DNA of 64,000 nt. Source: the human T2T-CHM13v2.0 reference genome, Homo sapiens. Location of the stretch: assembly GCF_009914755.1 (NCBI RefSeq), contig NC_060935.1; one strand, written 5' to 3'. The notes beneath the pieces were generated by a model. That model searched no databases. It worked only from the letters and a program-made list of their open reading frames with translations, and was not told the origin of the DNA. A program made the translations under genes and the position numbers. This document shows, one piece after another, positions 29,690-41,700 of this stretch (its first letter is position 1; each line of letters begins with the position of its first letter).

Positions 29690-30280
29690 AATACAAGCGA
29701 GCACTTAGCACAGTGCTGGCCCTGTGTGAGGGCTCAGTGAGTGGGAGCTCTAAGTACTAAATGTTGTCCCATCTCCGTGGTGCTTTGGACTTCCAGCACA
29801 GCATTCACAGACACACGTCCCTTCTCAGTTCATCCTCACACACTATGTGCAGTAGGCAAGGAATACGTTGTCTCCAATCAACAGATGAGGAAACTGAGGC
29901 GAGCCTGGGGAAGGTGGTCTCTGGTCACCCAGTGAGTTAGCAGCAGAGAGGATAAGAATTCAGCTCCCCTCAGTCTTGTGTGTTTTCACAGCTGTGTTTC
30001 TTACATAAAATACAAGAATGCTAACACAAAAAACAATAAAGCGAGAATTCTCACCTTATTTCAGAGTTGAGTAAACTATAATCATCTTCTTTTGTCTCCT
30101 AACAGCCCTGCTTTAAAGAGTCAAAATATCAGAGAACGTTTAGTGCTAAAAGGAGCCTTAGAGAGAGTCCCACTCTCTTTCATGAAGCACAGAGAGAGGA
30201 CATCCTCACTTAAGGTCACACAGCACATTAGCAACTTAGCCAGGATTGGAACCTGGCACTGGTGTTCTTTCCTCTATAGC
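29690..30280. mobile_element. MIR fragments in both orientations
   Basis: gcacttagcacagtgctggc (+); acagatgaggaaactgaggc (-); aaggtcacacagc (-). Confidence 0.6.
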
Positions 30281-31616
30281 TGCTGCCTCCATAGGTCTTG
30301 GAACTTTTATCCCCACTTCAGAGTCTGGAAAACTCAGCTCACAGCTTGACTCCAATCCCATAGCACCACCTTTTTTGGGACTCTGCCTCCTCAGTGGTGG
30401 CTCTAGAGTCTGATATTTAGAATCAGCAGCAGCAAAAGGGAAGGGCCATGGAGCAAAAAGGTGGTGTGTTGGGAGTAATAAATTTTCAAAGAGTTTAAAT
30501 TGCATTTCAGGGACTGATTCCTCTTGTTGGAGAGATTGGTTTGTGAATTCAGAATAGGATTGTTTAATATGCATTTCACATTTTAAATAATCATGGTTTT
30601 CTTAGAGCAGGGAGAAAAACAGGTCAAAAACACAAACTCATAGGCTTTTCTGAAAGGTTACAAAATAAAATGTTCTTTGCTGGAGGATATAAAGGAAATG
30701 GCTCTTGTTTGACAAAGGAGAGGGCTCTGCTAGATAAATTCTGCATTTATGAATAAATGAAAGCTCTCTCCCGCTCTTCCTGATCACCTTAATTCCTTGT
30801 TGCCTATCTGCAAATCCAATAATGCTGGTGAAACAAACCCCTCCTGGAGGCTGAGCACAGGGGCCTGAGCGCTCAGCCTCAGAACCACTCTTTCTATTTA
30901 TAATCTCAGCCTGTGCTCCCCAGAGAGCTGGGCTTAGATGCCCCCTGGGCAAGTGGGCAAGAGGACTTGCTGGGAACACAACCTTCCCCGGGTCAGAGAC
31001 CCTGTACTCCAGCCCTGGGTCTCCCTGCCTAGGAAGCGCTCAGCAAATGCCTCAGAATAGGTAAAGAGCAGGTATTACGGTTCAGCATCATCCTTCCTGC
31101 ACTTCCTCTGCTCCCTTCCAAGATAAATAACCAGGCTAAGAATTGCAGGTGTTTCTTGCAGCCAGTTGGCTATTGTCTTAGTGACACACCATATTACACT
31201 AGGCAACTGAGGATATGTCAACTCGTAAGGCGTTACTATATATATGGGTTTTTGTGGTTTTTTTTTTTACCAAATCTATTTTGTACCAATAGTGTGTGTT
31301 TATCGTCTGTCTTCTCTTAACATTGGGGGTGGGGATGTTGTCTGCACTGTTCAGGGATCACTAGGAGGTCTTAGGGGCCAAAGCTGGAGCTAAGAGGAGG
31401 TTCAAACACCTGGAAGAAGGGGCCACCTGGAATGGAGGATGTGGCCCCTAGGGTGGCAAAGCTGAGACACTGGACTGTGTCTCTCACTCTAGGCATCTTT
31501 GTATGAAACCACATATGTGTCAGCTGGTGGGGCTTTTTTATAGAGCATTATACTCACCTAAAATATTGTATTCCATCTCATAAATCCATTACTTTGTCAT
31601 TAAAAATTCTCTATAA

Positions 31617-32222
<606 letters not shown>

Positions 32223-32509
32223 AAAAATTCCCCATAAAGGATGCTTAGTGATCCATCCTATGAACACTGAATTATTTACTTAAAGGAGTCCTAATTAATA
32301 GACATTTTGTTTATCTTCCCCCAGCCAATTTCCCCTATTAGCAATAAAGTTTCCATCAGTATCTTTGTACATAAACTTTTGACTTCGTTTTCAATTTCCT
32401 TTGACTAGTTTTCTAGAATAGGAATTAATGAGTCAAAGGGCTAAGGCGCCCATCATCTGGTTTTCTCTGGAGGAAGGTAGTTCTCTGGGCTCTACAATGC
32501 TCATCTGCC

Positions 32510-32720
32510 TGAATCTGAATTTGAACTCTATCACTTCTTATCAGTGTGACTTTCAGCAGATTATGTATAACCTTTTAGTTGCTTCATTTGTAAAATGGGG
32601 ATTATAATAGTACCTACCTTGAAGTGTTGCTCTGAGGATTAAATGGGAGAAGTGATGTGTAATTGTTAAGTTGAATAGGCATAGGCATGACTCATGAGAT
32701 GTAATCATAAAGCAAACTTT
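32510..32720 (+). mobile_element. MIR
   Basis: ttcatttgtaaaatggggattataatagtacctacc core. Confidence 0.75.
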
Positions 32721-34189
32721 ATTTTTGTCTCCCACAGTCTCTTTAAATTTATTCTATAGGGCTGTTTTCCCTTCTAAAATTATATTAAATTTAGGGTAAG
32801 TCCCATGACTTTTCTGACCATTTTCAGGTAACCAGAGGTTGTCTTGTCAGTAATTAATGCATCCTGTCTGCTGTAATAAAAAAAAAATCTTGAAACGTCA
32901 GAGTTACACCATCTCTTTCCCAGCACGGTCTGCTGTAGGCCAGCTGCCTGTGGGGACCTTGCACATGACAGTCCTGACCCTTTCCAGGGTCCAAGGTGGA
33001 GGGGCAGGTAGGTAGGAGAGGAGATGGTTGGGAAAGGTCTTCAATGACTGTACTCTGATGAGTTGCTGTCCCGTTGTTCTCTGGGCCCTTTCTCTCACTG
33101 GGCTGTTTTTGTGGGTTGGTGGAGACCACCCCATCGCTGGAGTCTCACCCTGCACCTCCCTTGATGAGGGTGATACTTTCTCCCCGTAGCCGATCCTATG
33201 GTTTCTTTCTCAGGCTCTGGGAAACCTGGTCTCCCTCAGTGTCACCTCCTCCCTTGGAGGAGCCCTCTTGTCCTGGATCTAAGACAGTCACATCTGGCTC
33301 TCTTGCTGGGTGCTACCTCTGTCCACAAGAGACACTCATGTGTGCTTTGCCCTGCAAACCAGGGAGCACAGGCTGGTCCTGAAGCAGCAGCACTCTTGCT
33401 GCTCTTTGGATTTCTCCACTGTGGCACCAAGACCATTTTGGCCACATATCAACTGACTTAGGGGTCTCCTCAAGGCCCCACTGTCTGGCTTTGAGGTGAA
33501 GGTGATAGCACCCTGTACCCCTCCCATTTATTTGGGATCACTGGACCCCAAAGGCTGTCTCTGAAATTCATTCTAAACCTCCAACAACCTTTTTTCAACC
33601 TCTCTCCCATTTTGTATGCATTAGAGATGGGTGTCAGCTAATGGCATGGACCCAGGTTTTCGCCACCTCTTTTCCAAGAGGTGTATCCCACTTCACTTTG
33701 GAATGTGGTATCTGTTCATTTGGAGCCCCAAGTGGATCCTAGACTGGAAGCATCCCATCTCATCCTCCCATTGCCATATTTGTCTTTATGAAACACACAG
33801 AGGAGCACCTGGCATAGAGCATGCACTCAACAAATGATAGCTGTGTATGATCCAGGCTCACGGGCTCTCTAGTTACATTCACCTCATAACCATTCGATCT
33901 GGTTTTATTCCTATTACTTTGTTTTATGCCCTATGCATTTTATGTTTCCTGTAGATTATGCTTTTGTGTGTTTGTGTGTGTGGAAATGATTTGCTATTAT
34001 TTTCAGCAGTGATTTGGAAAATAGACATTGCTTTTAATTTTACTAGTGGTTGACCTACATTTTTTTTCAGACATTGTAAGCCTATTTATCTCAATCATCA
34101 ACAGTGGTGCAATGGTCTTTGTATATTCTGCAGTTATTTAAATGGGAATTACAGAGGGCTTTATCTGGCCACCCATAGTTATGCTACCA

Positions 34190-35070
34190 TCTTGCCATGA
34201 TGTCTACCCACAGCTTCAAAATGGCACTTGACTCTGTTTTAGGGCTGGCTCATCTTTGTCCTGGACTTTACTCATAGCTGTCTAGCAGTTTGCCATACCA
34301 CTAGCCTTTCTCCCGCAATCCTCCATTCTGCTCCCAATTATTTCTTTCTAAAGGTTACATCTGGGCAGATTATTCTTGGCTTAAAACCCTCTAGTGGTCC
34401 CCCACTGGGAACCACATCCTTAGAACAGAGTCTATAGGATATTTCCAAATTATAGGATAATTGCAAACGCCCTAGCTTGATGTTCAGGATGACATATGAC
34501 CTGGCCCTGCCTTAACTTTCTAGGCCCATTTCCTGCCACACCGAACCATTCACCTATTGGTTGAATGCTGCCATGCTGGTTTGCACCTTGGTTTTCAAGT
34601 GCATTGGGCATGTACTCTCATGTCTGCGTAACTTTGCTCATGTCATCCTCTGTCTGTATGGCCCTTTGGTAAAAGACCCTAGCACAGTGCCCGGTCAATT
34701 GTAGAATCTCAGTAACTGTTACGTTTCTCTCTTCCTTTGTTATCAGCTTATCAATATCCTATTCATCTTTCAGGGCCCAACACAACTATCATCCTTTTCT
34801 ACTCTTGGGAAGGCTTGTCCTAACCTTATCTCCCCCCTTCTAGGGACTTCCATTGACTGCCTCTTTTCTGTGTCCCCTTGCCCCCAGCACATTGTACACT
34901 TGTGTTGTAACACCAACACCTTAATGTAGGGTACAGTCATTATTTCTTCCTATCTCCCTTGCCAGACCGAAAGCTCCCTGAGAGCAGCCATGCACCTGAC
35001 CCCCACTAAGGCCACTGCAGCCCTGCATCAGCCTTTGAGGGGCTAGTTGATGTTTGATTGATTTGAATTG
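34190..35070 (+). mobile_element. L2 fragments
   Basis: ggcttaaaaccctctagtgg, tcctattcatctttcagggccc, aagctccctgagagcag. Confidence 0.55.
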
Positions 35071-35859
35071 CCTTCCTCAGACTGCAAGGTCACAATGCCA
35101 AGCCAACAGACAGGGCCCAATTTGAATGGATATCATTTATCATTCATATCCCTTTGCTTCCAAAATTGACTAGAGATGGCCCACACTCAATAAAAATGTC
35201 ACCTTAAGTATAGCACATATAAGACTCCATATAGGTGGCTAAGTCCCAAAATGCTAACCTTCTTCCCTGGGTGAACTGATTCTGCTTGGGAGAGGGGGTG
35301 GCCCTGGGGTCCTCAAGCTCAGGTGGCAGATGTGAGGGTCTCTGTTGGGCTGCTTCACTCCCCATGCATTCCTTCACTCCCCCTCACAAACATTTCATCA
35401 CCACGTTTGAAAATGCCTAAAATGCAAACAGGATGATTTAAATTCATAGCAAATATCTTACCCTTGCAGGATTTGGGCAGGTGGTGAGGGAGGCATGTTG
35501 GGATTGCTGTGTGGTGGTGTTTCCGTCCAGATAACCTTGTTCCTGGGGCTAAATTTGAAAAGCTTATGCCCTTCTTCGAGGGTCATGGTTATAGTGCAGT
35601 TGTAAAAATATAACTTTTGATCATGGCCTAGTATAATATACATCATATGACTTTCTGGAGTAGCTTTTTGATGGAAGCCAAGGACGTAAACTTAAAATGT
35701 CAACCACGGAAGTCATTTGAGTGGAAAAAGCCATCATGCATTCTGAGTAGAATGTTAACACTCATGCACTCCATAGAACTCGAAGAAGCACACACGTCAT
35801 TCTCCTGCACGCGTACCATCCAACAAATGTTCTTGTGCAGTCCTGTTCAGACTGCAGGG

Positions 35860-36140
35860 CCATCTCTCACACACATACACACATTGCTGCGTACACTGAA
35901 ACAGTCCTGCTGCCCCCAACTTCCCATGCACACACACACTCAAGGCATACACTGGCACACAGTCCCTTGTGTGCCAGTGTATGGGACTCACACAACCCAT
36001 GTGCATACACACATGTACACACATACACACTCATATTCATGCGTACACTGGCGCTCAGTCCCACTGGCTCCCCCACATGTACACACACTCACACTCATGC
36101 ATACACTGGCGCTCAGTCCCATGGTTCCCCCACATCCCAT
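35860..36140. repeat. CA-rich degenerate minisatellite
   Basis: Recurrent tacactggcgctcagtccc (36044, 36102) with variants at ~35892 and ~35948. Confidence 0.7.
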
Positions 36141-36804
36141 GTACCTATGTAACTTCTGCAGAAAGAGACTTGGAAAGCCATCTTACTTCTGCACCTCACT
36201 CTGCCTCCAGATTTTGCTCCCTTAGGACAGAGCCTAAACTGTCTATTTAATAGATTCAATTACTCCAGGCTCCTGAGACCTTCCAACTAAATTCTGATTG
36301 CTTTAAGGTGTCAGGTAATTTGGGAATAAAGGGAGGAAAACAGCTTCAAATTCTTGAAGGGAAAGTCTTTTAGACTCTAGCTGTCTCTGACATGGTAGCT
36401 ACTAATTGCAACTCAGGAAGGGGTGGCCTGGAGGGCGCGGCCTCCAGGGGTCAAAGCTTCTGATCTCTAGGCAAGGTTCTGCCCTGAAGGACAGAGGCCT
36501 CTGGGGCAATGCTTTGCTGCTCTGCTGCGGTCTCCAGGGTAGGGACCAATCTCTGCTGCCCTTCCTGGAAGGCCAGCAGAGTCCAGGCCAAGCATCCCAG
36601 CAGGCAACAAAACAGCCCTGCTTTCTGCCTTCTGCACCCCACTCCCAGGTGTTTTATTTTGTCTGCTCTCTGTCCCCAGTGACAGTGATAGCTCTTGGAG
36701 GTTGATAAATAATCAGAGGTCATAGTGTTCAGAGAGCGTCAATGTTGTGCCCGACAGAGATGGATCTGACCTGTCCTGAGCTCCAGAAGCCTGGAGAGAG
36801 AGGC

Positions 36805-36885
36805 CGTGTGTGTGTGCATGCATGTGTGTAGGTGTGTGTAGGTGTGCGTGTGTGTGTGCATGTGTGTAGGGGTGTGTGTGTGTGC
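36805..36885. repeat. Imperfect (TG)n
   Basis: Read directly. Confidence 0.85.
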
Positions 36886-36929
36886 ACTACATGAACTGTG
36901 ATTGGCCAAAAGGAGGCTGAGGGTAAGTG

Positions 36930-37160
36930 CTGTAGACCCAGACCTTTTGTGTGTGAATGCTAGCTTCATCATTGACCAGCTGTGTGACTTTGGGCAAGAT
37001 CCTTGCCTTCTCTGTGACTCAGTTCCTCTGCTGTGAAATGGGTATGCTAATGGTGCCTACCTTCTAGGGTGGCTATGAGGATTAAACGAATTATAATATG
37101 TACGTAGCACCTAACACAGCTCCTGACGCCCAGCAAATAATCCAAATATTGTGGGTTATT
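36930..37160 (+). mobile_element. MIR
   Basis: ctgtgtgactttgggcaag...ctgtgaaatggg...tgaggattaaa. Confidence 0.8.
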
Positions 37161-37289
37161 GTGTTTTATAATTAATGGGCAAGAGAAGGCAAGGCTGAAG
37201 GGCTGGGAGAGCCCTGGGGTGGGGGTCTGGCTGTAGCCCCAGGGCAGCAGGATGAGCCCCCTCCCTCAGCCCCCTTGGCTGTTCTCACA

Positions 37290-37640
37290 CTCTCTGCGGG
37301 GCAGTCCTGACCGCCTATTTATCATCAGAAGATCCCCGCACAACACTCTTCTGGCGCGGTTGGCGCGGCAGAATCCAGGATGCACACGAGGACGCCCACG
37401 GGGCGTGTGGGGACCGTGCCCCTCCGCAGACCTCTCCCGGATCACCTGCTCCACACGCAGGCCTTGGTGACCCCTCAGCCTGCTGCTCCTTGCTTCCGCC
37501 CGCCCTGCTGTGGGTCCCGCACCTTCTCAGTGTGCCATGCCTTGCATTCAAGCTGGTCCTAGTCACAGCCAGGACCTCCTCAGCGCGCAGAGACTTTCAG
37601 ATGATCTTTGTAGGGGTTTTTGCCTCCGGTCAACTGCGCC
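37290..37640. promoter_or_regulatory. Small CpG-rich satellite island upstream of the main island
   Basis: Locally high CpG (ggcgcggttggcgcgg, cgcccacggggcg), separated from the main island by a MIR. Confidence 0.5.
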
Positions 37641-37659
37641 CCTTAGGAAGGGCTTTGGA

Positions 37660-37810
37660 GGACACAGATCACAGAACAGTTTCAGCTCCACCACTTCCTA
37701 GCTTTACGGCCTTGGGCATCTCAGCATTCCTATTCTCTGGGTTATAGGGATATGATGTTTGTCTCTCAAGGCTACTGTGGAGATTACATACTAGAAATTT
37801 GCAAGGGCTG
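37660..37810 (+). mobile_element. MIR fragment
   Basis: cagctccaccacttcctagctttacggccttgggca. Confidence 0.55.
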
Positions 37811-38074
37811 GGAATGCAATAGACCGTAAATGTTCCCCTTCCCTTGACGCTATAGCTTAGATGGGAGGGAGCCACTGCTGAGGAAACACCTCCTTAACCC
37901 AAAGACAGAGGGTTCCCCAGGCGGGGGTGTGGGAACTCGGAGGTGGGGGTGAGGGAAGGCCAACCTCCACGCTTCGGCCCGGAGGTTCCCCCGCCTCTTC
38001 CTGCACGACTGGATTCCTTCTCCATCCGCGCCTCCGGCCCGGTCCCTGCCCCGCCAAATCCGCGCATCGGTTTC

Positions 38075-38200
38075 CCATCCCATAGCGCAGATAGGTAGGG
38101 CAGGTACACAGGGAGGTGTTCGAATGATCCCCGTTTCACAGAAGACGAAACTGAGGCTGGGAGGCCTGGGGACTGGCCCGGCTGCAGCGCCGCCGTTAGC
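38075..38200 (-). mobile_element. MIR core inside the CpG island
   Basis: atccccgtttcacagaagacgaaactgaggct resembles MIR core atccccattttacagatgaggaaactgaggct. Confidence 0.65.
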
Positions 38201-38668
38201 CGAAGGTGGGAGCCGGCGCGGTCACGCGCATGGAGCGTGGATCGCGACGATTTCGGGGGAGGGGGCAAGGGCGCTCCGCAGGCCCTGAGCCGGCCGGGGG
38301 GTGGGGTCTCTGCGGGGCGGGGCGGGGCGGGGCGAGGGAGAAGGGGCAGGCGGCCGCTGCCACGCAGTACTCCCGCCTTGGCGCCAGAGGGGCGCGGGAC
38401 GGTGCGGTCGGCCTCCCCGCCTCCACGCGCGCGCACGACCCGCGCACTCCCGGAGCTTCGCCCATCTCGCCTCGCCGCGCCGCGCAGGCAGCCGCTCGCA
38501 GAGCCAGCAGCCGGGGCCCTGGCGTGCAGCGCGGGCCTCGGCGGGGCCCAGCGCCCCGGCCCGGGAGGATGCGGCCCGGGGCGGCCCGGGAGCTGAGCAG
38601 GGCCCCCGCGCCGGCCCCTCCGGGCCCCGGCCTCCAGAGCCGCAGCCACCGCCCCGCCCCCGAGAGAC

Positions 38669-38706
38669 ATGACTTCCAAGCCGCATTCCGACTGGATTCC
38701 CTACAG
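38669..38706 (+). CDS. TUB: TUB coding exon 1 ([13 protein letters not shown]), phase-2 end
   Basis: gacATGa start inside the CpG island; donor CAG|GTACGC; in-frame upstream TGA at 38594-38596. Confidence 0.96.
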
Positions 38707-41700
38707 GTACGCGGTCGCCGGGCCGGGGCGCCCACCACTCCCGACTCGGGACGTGAGCTGGCTGGGGATACGCGGCCGGGGCGCAGGGCACCGCTGCCCT
38801 CCCCACCTATCCCAGCACTGGGGCGCGGGTTGGAGTCGCTGGTCCTTCCTCCCTCAACTTTGAGGGCCCCTGCGGACTGCTCCCGCCTGCCCCGCTCCAC
38901 CCCCTTATCTGCCAGGGTTGCTGGAAGGGGCCTGTGTGGGCCTTGTTGGGTCAGGCAGCACCACGTGGCCGCCTGGGGAAGGAGTCCACACTGCTCTGAG
39001 CCCCCTCCTAGGCCCAGAACCCCAGTCACACGCCTGTGCAGGGTGCGCGCACACGCTCATACATCTGCACGCATGCACCCACAGGACGTCCCTGCCTTGG
39101 GCCAAAGACGCTCCTGCTGGTCGGTTCACACTCTCAAAGCATGGATCCGTGAAGACAGTTATTCTGAACCAAGAGCACACCAGTGGTCATGTGGACATGC
39201 ACCCGTATATTCTACACACAAGAATTCTTGGGCTCACAAAGACACATGCCTGCATATCTGTGCACGTCCACCTCCTGTATCTGGAGAATAACTGACACCT
39301 GCTTCTCACTCACAAGTGCTACTCAGTCTCTTTCAGACACTGAATAATCTACTTGCTAGCAGGTCTATACCTAGACACACACCAGCTCACAGTACATAGA
39401 ACTGCCCTCACATGCAGAAAGGCACTCAAGAATCCAGGCACACTCAGGGAAGCCCACCACCCTCTGCTGCCAGGCACTGTGGTCTATCTCAAGGATGGCT
39501 GGGCTTTCCCATTTGCCTGGGAAGGGGGCGGGGAGGTGGTCTCTGGGGGGCCCCTCACAGGTGCAGGTCTTTCCCTATCCACTCTACTCCATTCTATTAC
39601 CAGGGAAGGGAGCTCATCGCCATGGCAGCGCCAGATTCTTGGCCACCCATTGGCTCCTTGGTTGCCATGGGCTACGGGGCTGTCTCTGTGTAAAATGGGT
39701 GCTGGACTCCTAAGGCCCACTGTGTTATTGTCGACCCAGGTGCACGTGCTAGCGGACGGCAGGATGAGATCCTCAGGTCCCGCCTTGTAACACAGCTTGC
39801 TCTCTGTTAGAGCCTCATACCAGTCACTGATAGAAAATAGTTCTGACAGGGCTCTTCTCTGAGTCTGTCCAGACAGCGTCCCAAATGGAAACCAGCTGAA
39901 ACCGCCCAAGGCTTCTTAAAAGCAGATCCTTCTGAAAACAGGCACGTGGCCTGGGAACTCAGGGTTTCTCTTGAGAATTGTTACCTCTAATCTCAGCTCC
40001 TGTGGGGGATTCAGGGGTTTCCAGGTTATTTTGTGTCTCTCCCCACAACCACCAGCAACACCCTCACACGTGCGCACATACAGGTCACCCACAGGCTCTC
40101 CTGCAGACACATGTAGTCACACTTCAGTCTCACATGGATTAGGGAGCTGTTTCCATCATGGAACCAGGGACTGGGGCTGTGCTGACTGAGAAGAGCTGCT
40201 GCGCCAGACAGACGTCCAGGCTGGGGCACAGGTAGTTTCTGGAGGATCCTGGCCTTTCTTGGCACATGTGGGCTGAGGACCTTCTAGAAGACAGTGCAGC
40301 CCCATGGAGTGTCATCAACCTTTTCTAGCCACGCGGCAGAGGTGCCTGGGCGGTGCTTGTGGGCTGAGTGGACTCCGGTGCTGTGGAAGTACCTGTGTGC
40401 GGGGGTCCAGATGGCAGGGTGGTGGCCATGGACCGAGGAGGGTGGGAGGGGCAGCACTTACGGCTGTGGAGATTATGACGTGGTTAGGATCTGGCAAACT
40501 GGAGGTTGGGCCAGGCCAAGACATGGTTCTAGAAAGCTTCTCCCAGGGAGCCAGGGACTAAAGCCACTTGTAGAGAGTGTGCAGGGGTCTTAGAGAAAAT
40601 ATGCCTCAAACGGAATGGCTTAAGCCTGTTCCTGGGAAAGGTGGCCCAGGAAGGTAGAACTGTCTCTAGGAAATGATCCTGTTCTAGCAAGTGCCTAGGG
40701 CCCTGGCATCCTGCAAGGAGTGATTTGGCACTTGCCTCAGCCCAGGTCCAACTACGATCTCCCCTCCACCCCCACCCCTCCAATTCCTTTCCTGGGCCGC
40801 AGACTCAGCCCTGAAGCATAGAATCCTGCCTCCCTGGAAGCCTGGCCCCGAGGAGCGTCTCAACACCCTTATAGCCCTGCACTGCTTGCTTTCCCCATGC
40901 CTGTCACTCCACCTCCTCGTTCTGTTGTAGAGAGGGGGGTGTGTAGCTGGAGGCAGGCTATGTCAGCAGTTGCCAGGATCCCCCCTGCCCTGCTGGGGTC
41001 TTTCTGGGCACGCACTGAGTGTGGCAAAGTACTGGAACTGGGGTGCAGACTTCCAAAATGGGAGACTTGGGCTGAGAGGAGGAGATTCAAATTGCCTCTT
41101 GCATTAACTGGGCTGCTGATTGCAGTCAAAGCCACATGCTGTCTGATCACAGAGAAAACTGGGGCAGAAGACAGACAAAGCATTTTACTTGCAGATGGGA
41201 GTGGGGGCAGGGGGTGGCATGCACGTGCTTTGACTGGTGTGAGGTTTCCCTAATGTCACAGCATGTCAGAGCTGGAATGTGGCATTTGGTTTGGGAGAGA
41301 GGGGTTGGCTGGCTTCTTGCTGGTTCTGCTGGTGAGGGTTTTACTCCCTCTCTAATGGTTACACCTTGCATTCCCTGGGCCCAGCTTATTTTCTTTAGAG
41401 AAATGATAGTTGGTGATAATCTTCTTATGGGTAATTTTGGCTCAGTGTATAATGATCATGGATTAATCTCACATTCTGAGTTCAAAGGGAGCCATTGAGT
41501 TTATAAAGTTTAACAATTGGAATGTTTTTGTCTTTTGTTTCTGTTAGTACTAATAATTTCTAATTCTGCCAGTTTCTCTTTACCTGTGTTCTTGAGGAAT
41601 ATTAAATGCCCTTAGTACATTTACAGCCTTTTATAAGTTGTAAGTGGAGCAGTGAGAGTCAGGAAGGACTGCGGCCCACGGCGTATTGGAGGACTATGCT

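Larger units (their letters stand above)
37900..39100 (+). promoter_or_regulatory. CpG-island promoter / 5' UTR of the 506-aa TUB isoform
   Basis: Very GC- and CpG-dense; (GGGGC)4 Sp/KLF array at 38314-38333; no TATA; contains exon 1. Confidence 0.92.

Noticed and set aside
35140-35760. AT-rich segment that might be an old DNA transposon
   Set aside because: I could not identify termini or a family with confidence; needs a Dfam search
35647-36250. 192-aa ORF and overlapping ORFs
   Set aside because: Derived from the CA-rich minisatellite
36891-36928. Strong donor GG|GTAAGT upstream of the CpG island
   Set aside because: Preceding ATG frames hit stops and no convincing acceptor was found; a non-coding exon cannot be excluded but is unsupported
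37894-39291. Long ORFs of 194-361 aa on both strands over exon 1
   Set aside because: CpG-island composition depletes stop codons and the peptides are low-complexity G/A/P/R. Only the ATG-initiated part ending at the exon-1 donor was kept as a finding.
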